From assembly GCA_965277805.1 (NCBI GenBank), contig OZ255842.1, positions 2,336,001 to 2,400,000 on the forward strand: a stretch of DNA of 64,000 nt, in the 5' to 3' direction. Origin of the DNA: Candidatus Lustribacter sp. (GTDB lineage: Bacteria; Vulcanimicrobiota; Vulcanimicrobiia; Vulcanimicrobiales; Vulcanimicrobiaceae). The notes under the pieces are model-generated. The model searched no databases, was not told where the DNA came from, and was given only the letters and a program-made list of their open reading frames with translations. The number at the start of each line of letters is the position of its first letter. Positions within the stretch are counted from its first letter, which is position 1. Made by a program: the position numbers and the translations under genes. Shown one piece after another: positions 47,276-55,553 of this stretch.

Positions 47276-48539
47276 AGAAAACGCGCTTCTCACCAACGTT
47301 ACCGGCGACGCGCCGATGGGTCAGATGATGCGGCGCTATTGGGTGCCGGCGTGTCTCTCCGAGGAGGTCGCCGAACGCGATTGCACGCCGCATCGCACGC
47401 AGATCTTCGGCGACCGCCTCGTCGTGTTCCGCGATTCCGACGGCAAACTCGGCGTCGTCGACGAGCGCTGTCCGCACCGTCTCGCATCGCTCGCGCTTGG
47501 ACGCAACGAAGACGGCGGACTGCGCTGCATCTATCACGGCTGGAAGTTCAACACGGCCGGCGCGTGCGTCGACATGCCGACGGAGCCGGGCGAACACGGC
47601 TTCCGCGATCGCATGAAGCTGAAGAGCTATCCGGTGCGCGAGGCGGGCGGCATGGTCTGGACCTATCTCGGCCCGGCCGGCACCGAACCCAAATTTCCGG
47701 AATACGACTGGATGAAGCTGCCGCGCGATCAGTACGCGACGGTGAAGGTCGGCGAACGCGTCAACTACGCGCAGGCGATCGAAGGCGCGATCGATTCATC
47801 GCACTCGTGGTTCTTGCATCAGGGCATCATCTGGGATTGGAAGAAACGCGCCGAAATCTCGATGGACACCTCGCCGAAGATGGAATGCGAGGACACGAGC
47901 TACGGGTTCCGCTACGCCGCAATCCGCCGCCCGACGACGAATCCCGATACCGAGAAATACGTGCGCGTGACGATCTTCCTCGTGCCGTTCACCGCGTTCA
48001 TTCCGCGTCCGCTCGAGAAAACGCAGAACTGCCACATCCAAATCTTCGTGCCGGTCGACAACGAGCGCACGATCTTCTACGGCGTCTTCTTCAGCCAAGA
48101 CGGCAGCAAGGTCGACGAAGCCGAGACGCGGCGTAAGCACCACCTCGTACCCGGCGTCGACCTCGACCGCAACTGGTACAAATTGGCCACCGAAGAGAAC
48201 TGGTTCAACCAGGACCGCGAAGCGATGAAGAACGGCAGCTACACCGGCATCAACGGTTTCTCCAACCAAGACATGGCGTGTCAGGAATCGATGGGGCCGA
48301 TCGTCGACCGCACCGCCGAACACCTCGGCACTTCCGACATCGCGATCATCCGCATGCGCAAACGCATGCTCGAAGCCGTGCGCCTCTTCCAAGCCGGCCA
48401 GCCCCTCATCGGCCTCGACCCGAACCTCCACTACGACAAGATCCGCACCGAACAACTGATCATCCCAATCGACCAGCCCTGGCAAACCGTAGGAGCCTAC
48501 GCCGGCGAATACACCGCCAAAGAACCCGCCCGCGTGTAA
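47262..48539 (+). CDS. Rieske oxygenase alpha subunit (phthalate 4,5-dioxygenase-like)
   Basis: CPHR...CIYHGW, EGAIDSSHSWFLH, QDMACQESMG and EHLGTSD. Confidence 0.92.
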   Translation: MLSAEENALLTNVTGDAPMGQMMRRYWVPACLSEEVAERDCTPHRTQIFGDRLVVFRDSDGKLGVVDERCPHRLASLALGRNEDGGLRCIYHGWKFNTAGACVDMPTEPGEHGFRDRMKLKSYPVREAGGMVWTYLGPAGTEPKFPEYDWMKLPRDQYATVKVGERVNYAQAIEGAIDSSHSWFLHQGIIWDWKKRAEISMDTSPKMECEDTSYGFRYAAIRRPTTNPDTEKYVRVTIFLVPFTAFIPRPLEKTQNCHIQIFVPVDNERTIFYGVFFSQDGSKVDEAETRRKHHLVPGVDLDRNWYKLATEENWFNQDREAMKNGSYTGINGFSNQDMACQESMGPIVDRTAEHLGTSDIAIIRMRKRMLEAVRLFQAGQPLIGLDPNLHYDKIRTEQLIIPIDQPWQTVGAYAGEYTAKEPARV

Positions 48540-48548
48540 GGTTTTTTA

Positions 48549-48590
48549 TGTCATCCCGAGCGGGGCACCGCAGGTGCGCAGACGAGGGAT
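48549..48590 (+). repeat. REP-like palindromic repeat, copy 4
   Basis: TGTCATCCCGAGCGGG-GCACC-GCA-GGTGC-GCAGACGAGGGAT. Confidence 0.8.
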
Positions 48591-48611
48591 GCGCCACGAC
48601 CTAATTATCGA

Positions 48612-48687
48612 GTGCGACCGCGAAGGCGGGAGCAGTGGTATAAAAAGACGTTGTAAGTAACCACTACTCCCGCCTTCGCGGTCGCAC
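48612..48687. repeat. 28-bp inverted repeat (one mismatch) with a 20-nt AT-rich spacer; REP-doublet-like or bidirectional terminator
   Basis: Arm GTGCGACCGCGAAGGCGGGAG(C/T)AGTGGT at 48612-48639 and inverted at 48660-48687, between convergent genes. Confidence 0.85.
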
Positions 48688-48713
48688 GCTAATCGCCGAG
48701 ATCCCGCTTGTTG

Positions 48714-48980
48714 CTACGCGCCTCTCTTGTTGACGGTGGCGTAGGCGATGCGTTTGGCTTCTTCGGCGGGTTTGCCGGCGGCTTCTTCGGATTCGATGAT
48801 GTGTTCGGCTTGGCGTTTTTCTTTCGCCGTATACCGGTGCGCATCGGGGTTGAGTTTGTTGACGGTGGCGTAACCGACGCCCTCAGCTTCGCCCGCGCCC
48901 ATGCCGCGCTCCATCTCGCTCTCTTTGATGTGCTCGACTTGGCGGTGTTCTTTCGCGGAGTAACGATGTTTGCGCGCCAT
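48714..48980 (-). CDS. Small hydrophilic protein with two tandem repeats (Y(S/T)AKExRQxEHIxESE...YATVNK)
   Basis: 88 aa from ATG 48980; internal duplication directly visible. Confidence 0.75.
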   Translation of the reverse strand: MARKHRYSAKEHRQVEHIKESEMERGMGAGEAEGVGYATVNKLNPDAHRYTAKEKRQAEHIIESEEAAGKPAEEAKRIAYATVNKRGA

Positions 48981-48984
48981 CGCG

Positions 48985-49200
48985 TTAGCCGGCGTGGACG
49001 TCGCGCTGATCGTCTTCATTCGGCTGCGCGGAATCATCGCCGTAGACGACTTCCGGCGTAACGCTGATTCCGGCCACGTCGGCTTCCTCGCGCGTGAGAG
49101 CCGGATCGCGCTCGTTCTGAGTGCGCAGCTGGCGAGGCATGCCCGAATCCGGGTGGTCATCGACTTCGTCGGGCAGGGCATTCTTGTAGTCGTTCGTCAT
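48985..49200 (-). CDS. Small acidic hypothetical protein
   Basis: 71 aa; AGGAG RBS upstream; ends 4 nt before the next gene. Confidence 0.6.
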   Translation of the reverse strand: MTNDYKNALPDEVDDHPDSGMPRQLRTQNERDPALTREEADVAGISVTPEVVYGDDSAQPNEDDQRDVHAG

Positions 49201-49312
49201 CGCGTGAGTTCTCCTGAGGTGGCCTTTCCCCGTCCGGACCTTCTCTCACGCCAACCGCCCGCCAGTCTTCCCCATGAAGGAAAGTTTCTCAAGCCCGCGC
49301 CAAAGCGATCAG

Positions 49313-50527
49313 ATGAGCACCAATCCGCCGAAAAAGCGCCTGATTCTCGGCTTGCTGTGGACGGCGTTCTTCGTCGCCTACCTCGACCGGACGAACATCT
49401 CGGTCGCCGGTCCGACGATGATGAAGGCGCTGAACATGTCGCCGCAGACGTTCGGCTACGTGCTGGCGTCATTTACGGCCGGTTACGCGCTGATGCAGAT
49501 TCCGGGCGGCATGTTCGCCGATCGCTTCGGCGCGAAGCGCATGCTGATCATCGCGCTGCTGGTCTGGTCGCTCTTCACCGGGCTCACGGGGCTGGCCGTT
49601 TCGGTCGGCATGCTCATCGCGGTGCGCTTCTTCTTCGGCGTCGGCGAGGGACTCGAGAACGGCGCGCACTTCAAGGCAATCGGCGACACGTTCGCCTCGC
49701 ACGAACGCTCGGCCGCAAGCGGGATCTTCCATACGGCACTCGCGCTCGGGCCGGCGTTCGTCGCGCCGATTGCCGCGTTCACGATCGCGAGCTCCGGCTG
49801 GCAAATGCTGTTTCTGCTCTTCACGATTCCGGGCGTGCTCGTCGCGGCGCTGATCTGGGGCTTCTTTCCGGCGACGACCGGCAACCCGCGCACCGACCAC
49901 GCCGAAGATGCAACCGGGGCCGGCTCGTTCGGCGAGATGATCTCGCGTCCGTTGGCGTGGCTGCCGTTCGCGGCGTACTTGCTCTTCAACGTCGCGTTCT
50001 GGGGCTTGTTGAACTGGATGCCGTCGTACTTGAGCGCGGAGCGGCACATCGACTTGAAGTCGCTCGGTCTGATCGCGTCGATTCCATACCTGTGCGGCTT
50101 CTGCGGCTTGCTGATTCTCGGCTATCTCGGGAAGGGTTTGCTGTACCGTTACCGGCCGCTCTTGCTCGGCGCGAGTTATCTGCTGGCGGGACTCGGATTA
50201 TTTCTCGCGTTCACTGCGGACAGCGTCGTCGCGTGCGTTGCCGGCCTATCGTTCGGCGCGTTTTTTCTCTACGGCGGCTTCGGACCGTTCTGGGCCGTCG
50301 CGCTCGACGTCGTGCCCGCAAAGCTGCGCGGCACGTTCAGCGGCTTCGTCAACTTCGGCGGTCAAATCGGCGGATTTTTCTCACCGATCGTCGTCGGCAG
50401 CATCGTGCAGAACACGAAGTCCTACTCCGGCGGCTTCGTCTTCATGATCGGCGCGCTGATCCTCGCCGGCGCAACGATGGTCGCGATCCAGCAAGGCCAA
50501 CGCCTCCCGCAACCCGCCGCCGCTTAA
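49313..50527 (+). CDS. MFS transporter, ACS/sugar-acid-like
   Basis: YLDRTNIS, QIPGGMFADRFG and RFFFGVGEG. Confidence 0.9.
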   Translation: MSTNPPKKRLILGLLWTAFFVAYLDRTNISVAGPTMMKALNMSPQTFGYVLASFTAGYALMQIPGGMFADRFGAKRMLIIALLVWSLFTGLTGLAVSVGMLIAVRFFFGVGEGLENGAHFKAIGDTFASHERSAASGIFHTALALGPAFVAPIAAFTIASSGWQMLFLLFTIPGVLVAALIWGFFPATTGNPRTDHAEDATGAGSFGEMISRPLAWLPFAAYLLFNVAFWGLLNWMPSYLSAERHIDLKSLGLIASIPYLCGFCGLLILGYLGKGLLYRYRPLLLGASYLLAGLGLFLAFTADSVVACVAGLSFGAFFLYGGFGPFWAVALDVVPAKLRGTFSGFVNFGGQIGGFFSPIVVGSIVQNTKSYSGGFVFMIGALILAGATMVAIQQGQRLPQPAAA

Positions 50528-51276
50528 CGCACGGGCGCGTATCCGCCGGGCTCGTACTCGAAGCCCGCCCGGCGCGTCCAGTACTCCCACGCCCGTTGAT
50601 TGCCCATACCGGCGCGCCGTGCGCCGCCGCCGCTGCCGATCTCGGCGTCGGAGAGCGTCTTCACGTCTCCTAAGCGCAGCGCTTCGAGATAAATCTTCGC
50701 GTTGCGCGGCATGTAGACCGCGATCGTCACGACGTCGACGAGCGATGGGGCTGCTGCGGCAAAACCGTGTCCGCGCATGAGCACGACGCTGTTGGAACCG
50801 AGCCGTGCCGCCAGTGCGCGACCGTGATCCATGTTTTGCACGAGCAGGTTCGTCGCATCGCCGAACTCCTCGTCGATATCCCAAACCGGCGCTTGTTTAC
50901 CGATGCTCTTGGCCGGGCCGAGCACCGGCCGCAGCGGCGTCTGGGTAACGGTAAACGGCAGCACTTCATCCGCGTGCGAATGCACGACCGCGCCGGCATC
51001 CGGCCGCGCTGCGTAAATCGCCGCATGAATAAAGCGCTCGATGTAGCGTTCGCGCTCGTCGCCGCCGAGTGCATTGCCGTTGAGGTCGAACTCCATGATG
51101 TCTTCGACCGTCACCACCTCCGGACTGCGTGCACGCGAGAGCAGAAAGTGGTCGGGCCGATCCGGGTGGCGGACGCTGATGTGGCCGAAGGTGTCGACGA
51201 CGTCTTCGTGCGCCAGAATGCGGTTCGCGATCATGAGATCGCGCTTCAGGCGCGTCAGTTCGCTGCTCTCGGTCAT
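50524..51276 (-). CDS. Class II aldolase/adducin-family protein
   Basis: FGHISVR, ERFIHAAIYAARPD, HSH and MRGHG; ATG 51276 overlaps the SBP stop. Confidence 0.88.
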   Translation of the reverse strand: MTESSELTRLKRDLMIANRILAHEDVVDTFGHISVRHPDRPDHFLLSRARSPEVVTVEDIMEFDLNGNALGGDERERYIERFIHAAIYAARPDAGAVVHSHADEVLPFTVTQTPLRPVLGPAKSIGKQAPVWDIDEEFGDATNLLVQNMDHGRALAARLGSNSVVLMRGHGFAAAAPSLVDVVTIAVYMPRNAKIYLEALRLGDVKTLSDAEIGSGGGARRAGMGNQRAWEYWTRRAGFEYEPGGYAPVR

Positions 51277-52211
51277 GCGTAGAACTCCTCGTAGGTCACC
51301 GGGCGCTGTAACATCCCGTACTTCGCCGCAAGCCGCAGCGTGGCATCGACGTACTTGCGGTCGTTGCGCGTGGCAAAGAGCCGCCGTTGTTGCGCGGCCA
51401 CGATGGCCGGATCCACCTTCGTTACGCGTGCGATGATCTCGGCAGCTTGCGGACCGTGCGTGTTGGCCCAGCGCGCGGTCGCATAGATGGCCGTCACCAG
51501 CCGCTTCGCGGTCTCCGGGTTCTTCTGCAGCCAGGCCGTTGACGTAAACCACACCGTCGTCGCGAGCTCGGGCGCGAGCGCGATGTAGGTGTCGGCGAAA
51601 TCGCGGATGAGGCCGGCGCGCATCGCATCGGTCTTGGCGGGTTCGACGATGAAGCCGGCCTGGATCGTGCCGCGCTGGAGCGCTGCGCCGATCTCCGAAA
51701 ACGGCAGCTCGATGTACTTGATGCTCGTACGCGAGACGCCGTTGGCGTCGAGCCACGCCCACAAACTGAGCTGGTTGAAATCGCCGAGCGAGCCGACGCC
51801 GATCGTCGCGCCTGCCAGGTCTTTGGGCGAGCGGATCGGCGACGTCTTCGCCACCACGACGTTCGGATTCGCAACTTGCTTCGCGTAGATGCACGCGGGC
51901 GCGATCATCACGAGCGAGATGCCGCGCGCGATCGCAACGGCGAGCTGGAACGGGTTCACCTCGCCCGCGTCGAGATCGCCGCCGAGCACGGCTTGCACGA
52001 TCGTCGCGCCGTTGTTGAGCGTCTGCACCACCGGGGCGATGCCGTTGCCGGCGAAGATGCCGGACTCGGCGCCGTAATAGGCTTCCGCCGACGGCTCGAT
52101 CGGGATCGTGCCCATGCGCACCGTCGCCGGCGTTTGCGCCGCGGCGGGTTGCGCGGCCGCAACGATTCCGCCCGCGAGCAGACGCATCGCGGCGGAACGC
52201 GGAACGTTCAC
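51273..52211 (-). CDS. ABC substrate-binding protein, NMT1/SsuA-like
   Basis: Signal peptide; SPIRSPKDLAGATIG and ALQRGTI. Confidence 0.85.
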   Translation of the reverse strand: MNVPRSAAMRLLAGGIVAAAQPAAAQTPATVRMGTIPIEPSAEAYYGAESGIFAGNGIAPVVQTLNNGATIVQAVLGGDLDAGEVNPFQLAVAIARGISLVMIAPACIYAKQVANPNVVVAKTSPIRSPKDLAGATIGVGSLGDFNQLSLWAWLDANGVSRTSIKYIELPFSEIGAALQRGTIQAGFIVEPAKTDAMRAGLIRDFADTYIALAPELATTVWFTSTAWLQKNPETAKRLVTAIYATARWANTHGPQAAEIIARVTKVDPAIVAAQQRRLFATRNDRKYVDATLRLAAKYGMLQRPVTYEEFYA

Positions 52212-52221
52212 GGGTGACGTG

Positions 52222-52563
52222 CTAAACGCGTACCGAGATGATGAACCAGGCTGCGCCGAGCACGCGCCGCTGGCCCTTGGTCAGCAAACCGAAGATCTCG
52301 CTGCGCACGTCGTCGGCGATGCTTTTCCCGAGCCGCAAGCCGATGAGCAATTTGCGGATGCCCTGGAATTGGTCGCTAGTCAGGTTGAGGATCGCCGTCC
52401 CTTCGGTTGAGGGAAAGTTGTCCGCGGGCGACATCGCCGGAGGCTGGAAGCGCGGCAGTCGCGGCGTGGCGGTACCGCTGGTGGTCGCCCCGCCGGCAGG
52501 GGTGCCGCCGGTAGCCGGGAGACCGACCTTGTTCACATTGCTCACATGAATACTTTCGACCAA
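52222..52563 (-). CDS. Hypothetical protein (start uncertain)
   Basis: ORF fills the gap and ends 10 nt before the SBP start; low-complexity G/T/P N-terminus; no family recognised. Confidence 0.35.
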   Translation of the reverse strand: MVESIHVSNVNKVGLPATGGTPAGGATTSGTATPRLPRFQPPAMSPADNFPSTEGTAILNLTSDQFQGIRKLLIGLRLGKSIADDVRSEIFGLLTKGQRRVLGAAWFIISVRV

Positions 52564-52636
52564 ATGACGTTGGAAATCGAGCCTTCGCGACCGGCCGGCC
52601 AGGCCTTTCCCCGGACGGGGCTAAAAATTTCGTTTT

Positions 52637-53779
52637 ATGAGGGTTTTACGGACGGCGAGTTTCGCCGCCGCTATCGCGGCGGTGGTTTTCACGTTGGCGA
52701 CCGCAGCATTTGCGGCCGGGCGCCCGGTCGTCACTCAAGATTGGTTCTACGTCGGCGGCCACTACGAAGATACGGCCGACGGCACGATCTTGACCGGGCA
52801 AATGTACACGCAGGTGTTCACGCCGGTCCACGTGACCCACAAGTATCCGATTATCCTCATTCACGGCGGCGGCGGCACGGGCGCAACCTACGAGAAAACC
52901 GCCGACGGCCGGCCCGGCTGGGCCTACGACTACGCCGGTCGCGGATTCCGCGTCTACGTCGTCGATCAGCCCGCTCGCGGCCGTTCGATCCAAGATTCCG
53001 CGGTCGACGGACCACTCGTCCGCGACACGGTGAAGTCGCTCGAGCAGCGTCTCACGATTCCGCAAGACTTCGACCTCTGGCCGCAAGCGAAACTGCACAC
53101 GCAGTGGCCGGGCACCGGTAAACCCGGCGATAAATACTTCGATGCGTTCATGGCCACGCGCGTCATGTCGCTCAAAGACAACGGCAAGATGGAAGAGCTG
53201 ACGACGCATGCGGTCGTCGCGCTGCTCGACAAGATCGGTCCCGCGATCGTGCAAACGCATTCGCAAGCGGGCTCATACGGCTGGCGCATCGCCGACGCGC
53301 GACCGAAGCTCGTCAAGGCCTTGATTCAAGTCGAACCCAACGGCCCGCCGTACAAAGAGACGAGTTACATCGGGCCGCCGGACTACTTCGGCAAAGAGAC
53401 GGTCGGGCGCCCGTGGGGACTCACGAACGGACCGTTGACGTTTGCGCCGCCGGTGACCGATGTGGCCGACATGAACTTCGTGCAACAGGCGCAGGCCGAC
53501 GGACCGGGTCTCGTACGCTGCTGGGAACAAGCGCCCCCGGTCCATCAGCTTCCCGTGCTCGCAACCGTGAAGATCCTCATGGTCACGAGCGAGGCGTCAT
53601 ACCACGCGCCGTACGATCATTGCACGTCGCGTTTTCTCACGCAGGCCGGGGTGAAACACGATTGGATTCACCTGGCCGCCGTTGGTATCCACGGCAACGC
53701 GCACGACATGATGCTCGAGAAAAACAGCGCATCCATCTCCGCAGTGATGGCGAACTGGCTCGTGAGCAAAGGTCTCTAG
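52637..53779 (+). CDS. Secreted alpha/beta hydrolase
   Basis: Signal peptide; IHGGG, DGRPGW, THSQAG nucleophile elbow and GIHGNAHDMMLEKN. Confidence 0.85.
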   Translation: MRVLRTASFAAAIAAVVFTLATAAFAAGRPVVTQDWFYVGGHYEDTADGTILTGQMYTQVFTPVHVTHKYPIILIHGGGGTGATYEKTADGRPGWAYDYAGRGFRVYVVDQPARGRSIQDSAVDGPLVRDTVKSLEQRLTIPQDFDLWPQAKLHTQWPGTGKPGDKYFDAFMATRVMSLKDNGKMEELTTHAVVALLDKIGPAIVQTHSQAGSYGWRIADARPKLVKALIQVEPNGPPYKETSYIGPPDYFGKETVGRPWGLTNGPLTFAPPVTDVADMNFVQQAQADGPGLVRCWEQAPPVHQLPVLATVKILMVTSEASYHAPYDHCTSRFLTQAGVKHDWIHLAAVGIHGNAHDMMLEKNSASISAVMANWLVSKGL

Positions 53780-53780
53780 G

Positions 53781-53939
53781 CTAAATTCGCGCGCCGCGTC
53801 CCGTGACGATGTTGAAGATCAACAAGATGACGGCGATGACGAGCAGCAAATGGATCAGTCCGCCGGCGATGTGAAGCGTGAAGCCCAACAGCCAGAAGAC
53901 AAACAATACGACGATGATGGCCCAAATAAGTCCAGCCAT
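53781..53939 (-). CDS. Small membrane protein (lmo0937/DUF5670-like)
   Basis: LIWAIIVVLFVFWLLG...GGLIHLLLVIA; GAAGGGGA RBS. Confidence 0.8.
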   Translation of the reverse strand: MAGLIWAIIVVLFVFWLLGFTLHIAGGLIHLLLVIAVILLIFNIVTGRGARI

Positions 53940-54005
53940 GGTTTCCCCTTCGCAGCGCGACACATGCGCGCTCTACCTAACTAGGGTCCCCCGGCAAGGC
54001 GGCAG

Positions 54006-54575
54006 CTAAACTTCGGGGTGCTTGAGCCCGTCGAGAAAGGCGAACACCCGGCGCTCTGCCTGGAGCGCCGCGAACTCGTTGTAGCCCGCATCCTCGTGAA
54101 GCGCGAAGCCGTGCCCGGCACCCGGATAGCGATAGATTTCCGTCGTGGCAAAGCCTTCGAGCGCGCCCTTGATCGCGCGGACTTCTTCGAATGGTACGCG
54201 GTCATCGTCATCGCCGAAGTGCAAACTCAGCGGCAGTTTTGCGGCCGGCGCTTCATCGAGGTGCGCTCCGATGCCGGCGCCATGAAAGGCCGCCGCCGCG
54301 TCGGCCCCGAGCCGGGTCAGCGCCAAAAATGCGTAGCGCCCGCCATAGCCGTAGCCCACCACCGCGATCTTGCCGCCGGTCGCGTGCTCGTGCAGCGCGT
54401 CCATCCCCCGCCTGACCGACGCGAGACTGTCCTCGACACCGGCGGCCTCGTCGACGTCGACGGCGAGCACGTCGTAGCCGCGGGCGGCGAACCGCTCGAG
54501 CGCCGTGCGCGACCCCGCCGGAAGACCGACGAGCACCACGCCCAGGGCGTCGCCGGGCTGCTGTTCAGAATCCAT
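54006..54575 (-). CDS. Dienelactone hydrolase-like protein lacking the catalytic Cys
   Basis: GYGYGG in place of GxCxGG; LHFGDDD and YPGAGHGF retained. Confidence 0.75.
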   Translation of the reverse strand: MDSEQQPGDALGVVLVGLPAGSRTALERFAARGYDVLAVDVDEAAGVEDSLASVRRGMDALHEHATGGKIAVVGYGYGGRYAFLALTRLGADAAAAFHGAGIGAHLDEAPAAKLPLSLHFGDDDDRVPFEEVRAIKGALEGFATTEIYRYPGAGHGFALHEDAGYNEFAALQAERRVFAFLDGLKHPEV

Positions 54576-54671
54576 CTCGGGACCCTCTTCGCTCCCCGGA
54601 GGTAATGAACCGTGCGGAGCGCATTATCAAGCCGGAACACCGCAGCACTGCATATCGAGGATTGGGGAAAC

Positions 54672-55334
54672 ATGGGAACAGCAACTTTTACGGCCGCCGA
54701 CAACTTCTCGCTCACCGGCTACACCGCCGGACCCGAGAATGCCACCAAGGGCATCGTCGTCGTCCAAGAGATTTTCGGCGTTAACAAACACATTCGCGAC
54801 ATGGCCGACGCCTACGCCGCCGCCGGCTACAAAGTGATCGCACCCGGCATGTTCGATCGCGCACAGAAGGGCGCCGATCTCGGTTACGGTCCCGACGATC
54901 GTAAAGCCGGCATGGAGATGCGCGGCAAGATCAGCGAAGAACAGAACATTCACGACATCGTCGCGGCCGCGAAGGCGCTCGGCACGAAGTCGACCGGCAT
55001 CGTCGGCTACTGCTTCGGCGGAACGATGGCGTGGCTCGGCGCAACGCGCACGCACGAATTCCAAGCGGCGTCGTGCTGGTACGGCGGCGGCATCGCCAAG
55101 GCCAAGGACGAGAAGCCCAATTGCCCGGTGCAGATGCATTTCGGTGAAACCGACGGCAGCATTCCGCAAACCGACATCGACGCGATCAAGGCCGCCCAGC
55201 CGAGCGTCGAAATCTACGTCTACAAGAACGCCGGCCACGGTTTCGGTTGCGCCGACCGCGACAGCTTCAACAAAGAAGCGTACGAGACTGCGCAAAAGCG
55301 CACGCTCGATTTCTTCGCCAAATATCTGAAGTAA
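54672..55334 (+). CDS. Dienelactone hydrolase (carboxymethylenebutenolidase)
   Basis: QEIFGVN, GYCFGG, HFGETD and AGHGF. Confidence 0.92.
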   Translation: MGTATFTAADNFSLTGYTAGPENATKGIVVVQEIFGVNKHIRDMADAYAAAGYKVIAPGMFDRAQKGADLGYGPDDRKAGMEMRGKISEEQNIHDIVAAAKALGTKSTGIVGYCFGGTMAWLGATRTHEFQAASCWYGGGIAKAKDEKPNCPVQMHFGETDGSIPQTDIDAIKAAQPSVEIYVYKNAGHGFGCADRDSFNKEAYETAQKRTLDFFAKYLK

Positions 55335-55394
55335 CGTTTGTAATTAGCCGCCGAGGGGCAACCTGCATGAAATCCTGGCCCGAAAGGCGGACTC

Positions 55395-55553
55395 ATGACG
55401 CTCCTCATCATCATCCTGGTACTAGTGGTGCTCTTCGGCGGCGGCGGCCACTACTACAACAACGGTTCCTACCGCTCCGGCGGCTATAGTATCGCCGGCA
55501 TCCTGATCGTGGTGTTGCTGATCCTCTGGCTCACCGGCAACATCCACGTCTAG
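55395..55553 (+). CDS. Small membrane protein (DUF3309-like), 52 aa, absent from the ORF track
   Basis: MTLLIIILVLVVLFGGGGHYYNNGSYRSGGYSIAGILIVVLLILWLTGNIHV; AAAGG RBS-like sequence. Confidence 0.75.
   Translation: MTLLIIILVLVVLFGGGGHYYNNGSYRSGGYSIAGILIVVLLILWLTGNIHV

Noticed and set aside
1657-48590. CRISPR array or tRNA interpretation of the TGTCAT repeats
   Set aside because: Copies are dispersed and degenerate, with no spacers, no cas genes and no cloverleaf
48612-48687. IS or MITE with target-site duplication
   Set aside because: No direct repeat abuts both arms and there is no transposase in the window
1700-52300. Horizontally acquired genomic island
   Set aside because: No integrase, tRNA or att site, or obvious composition break; resident-type repeats occur throughout
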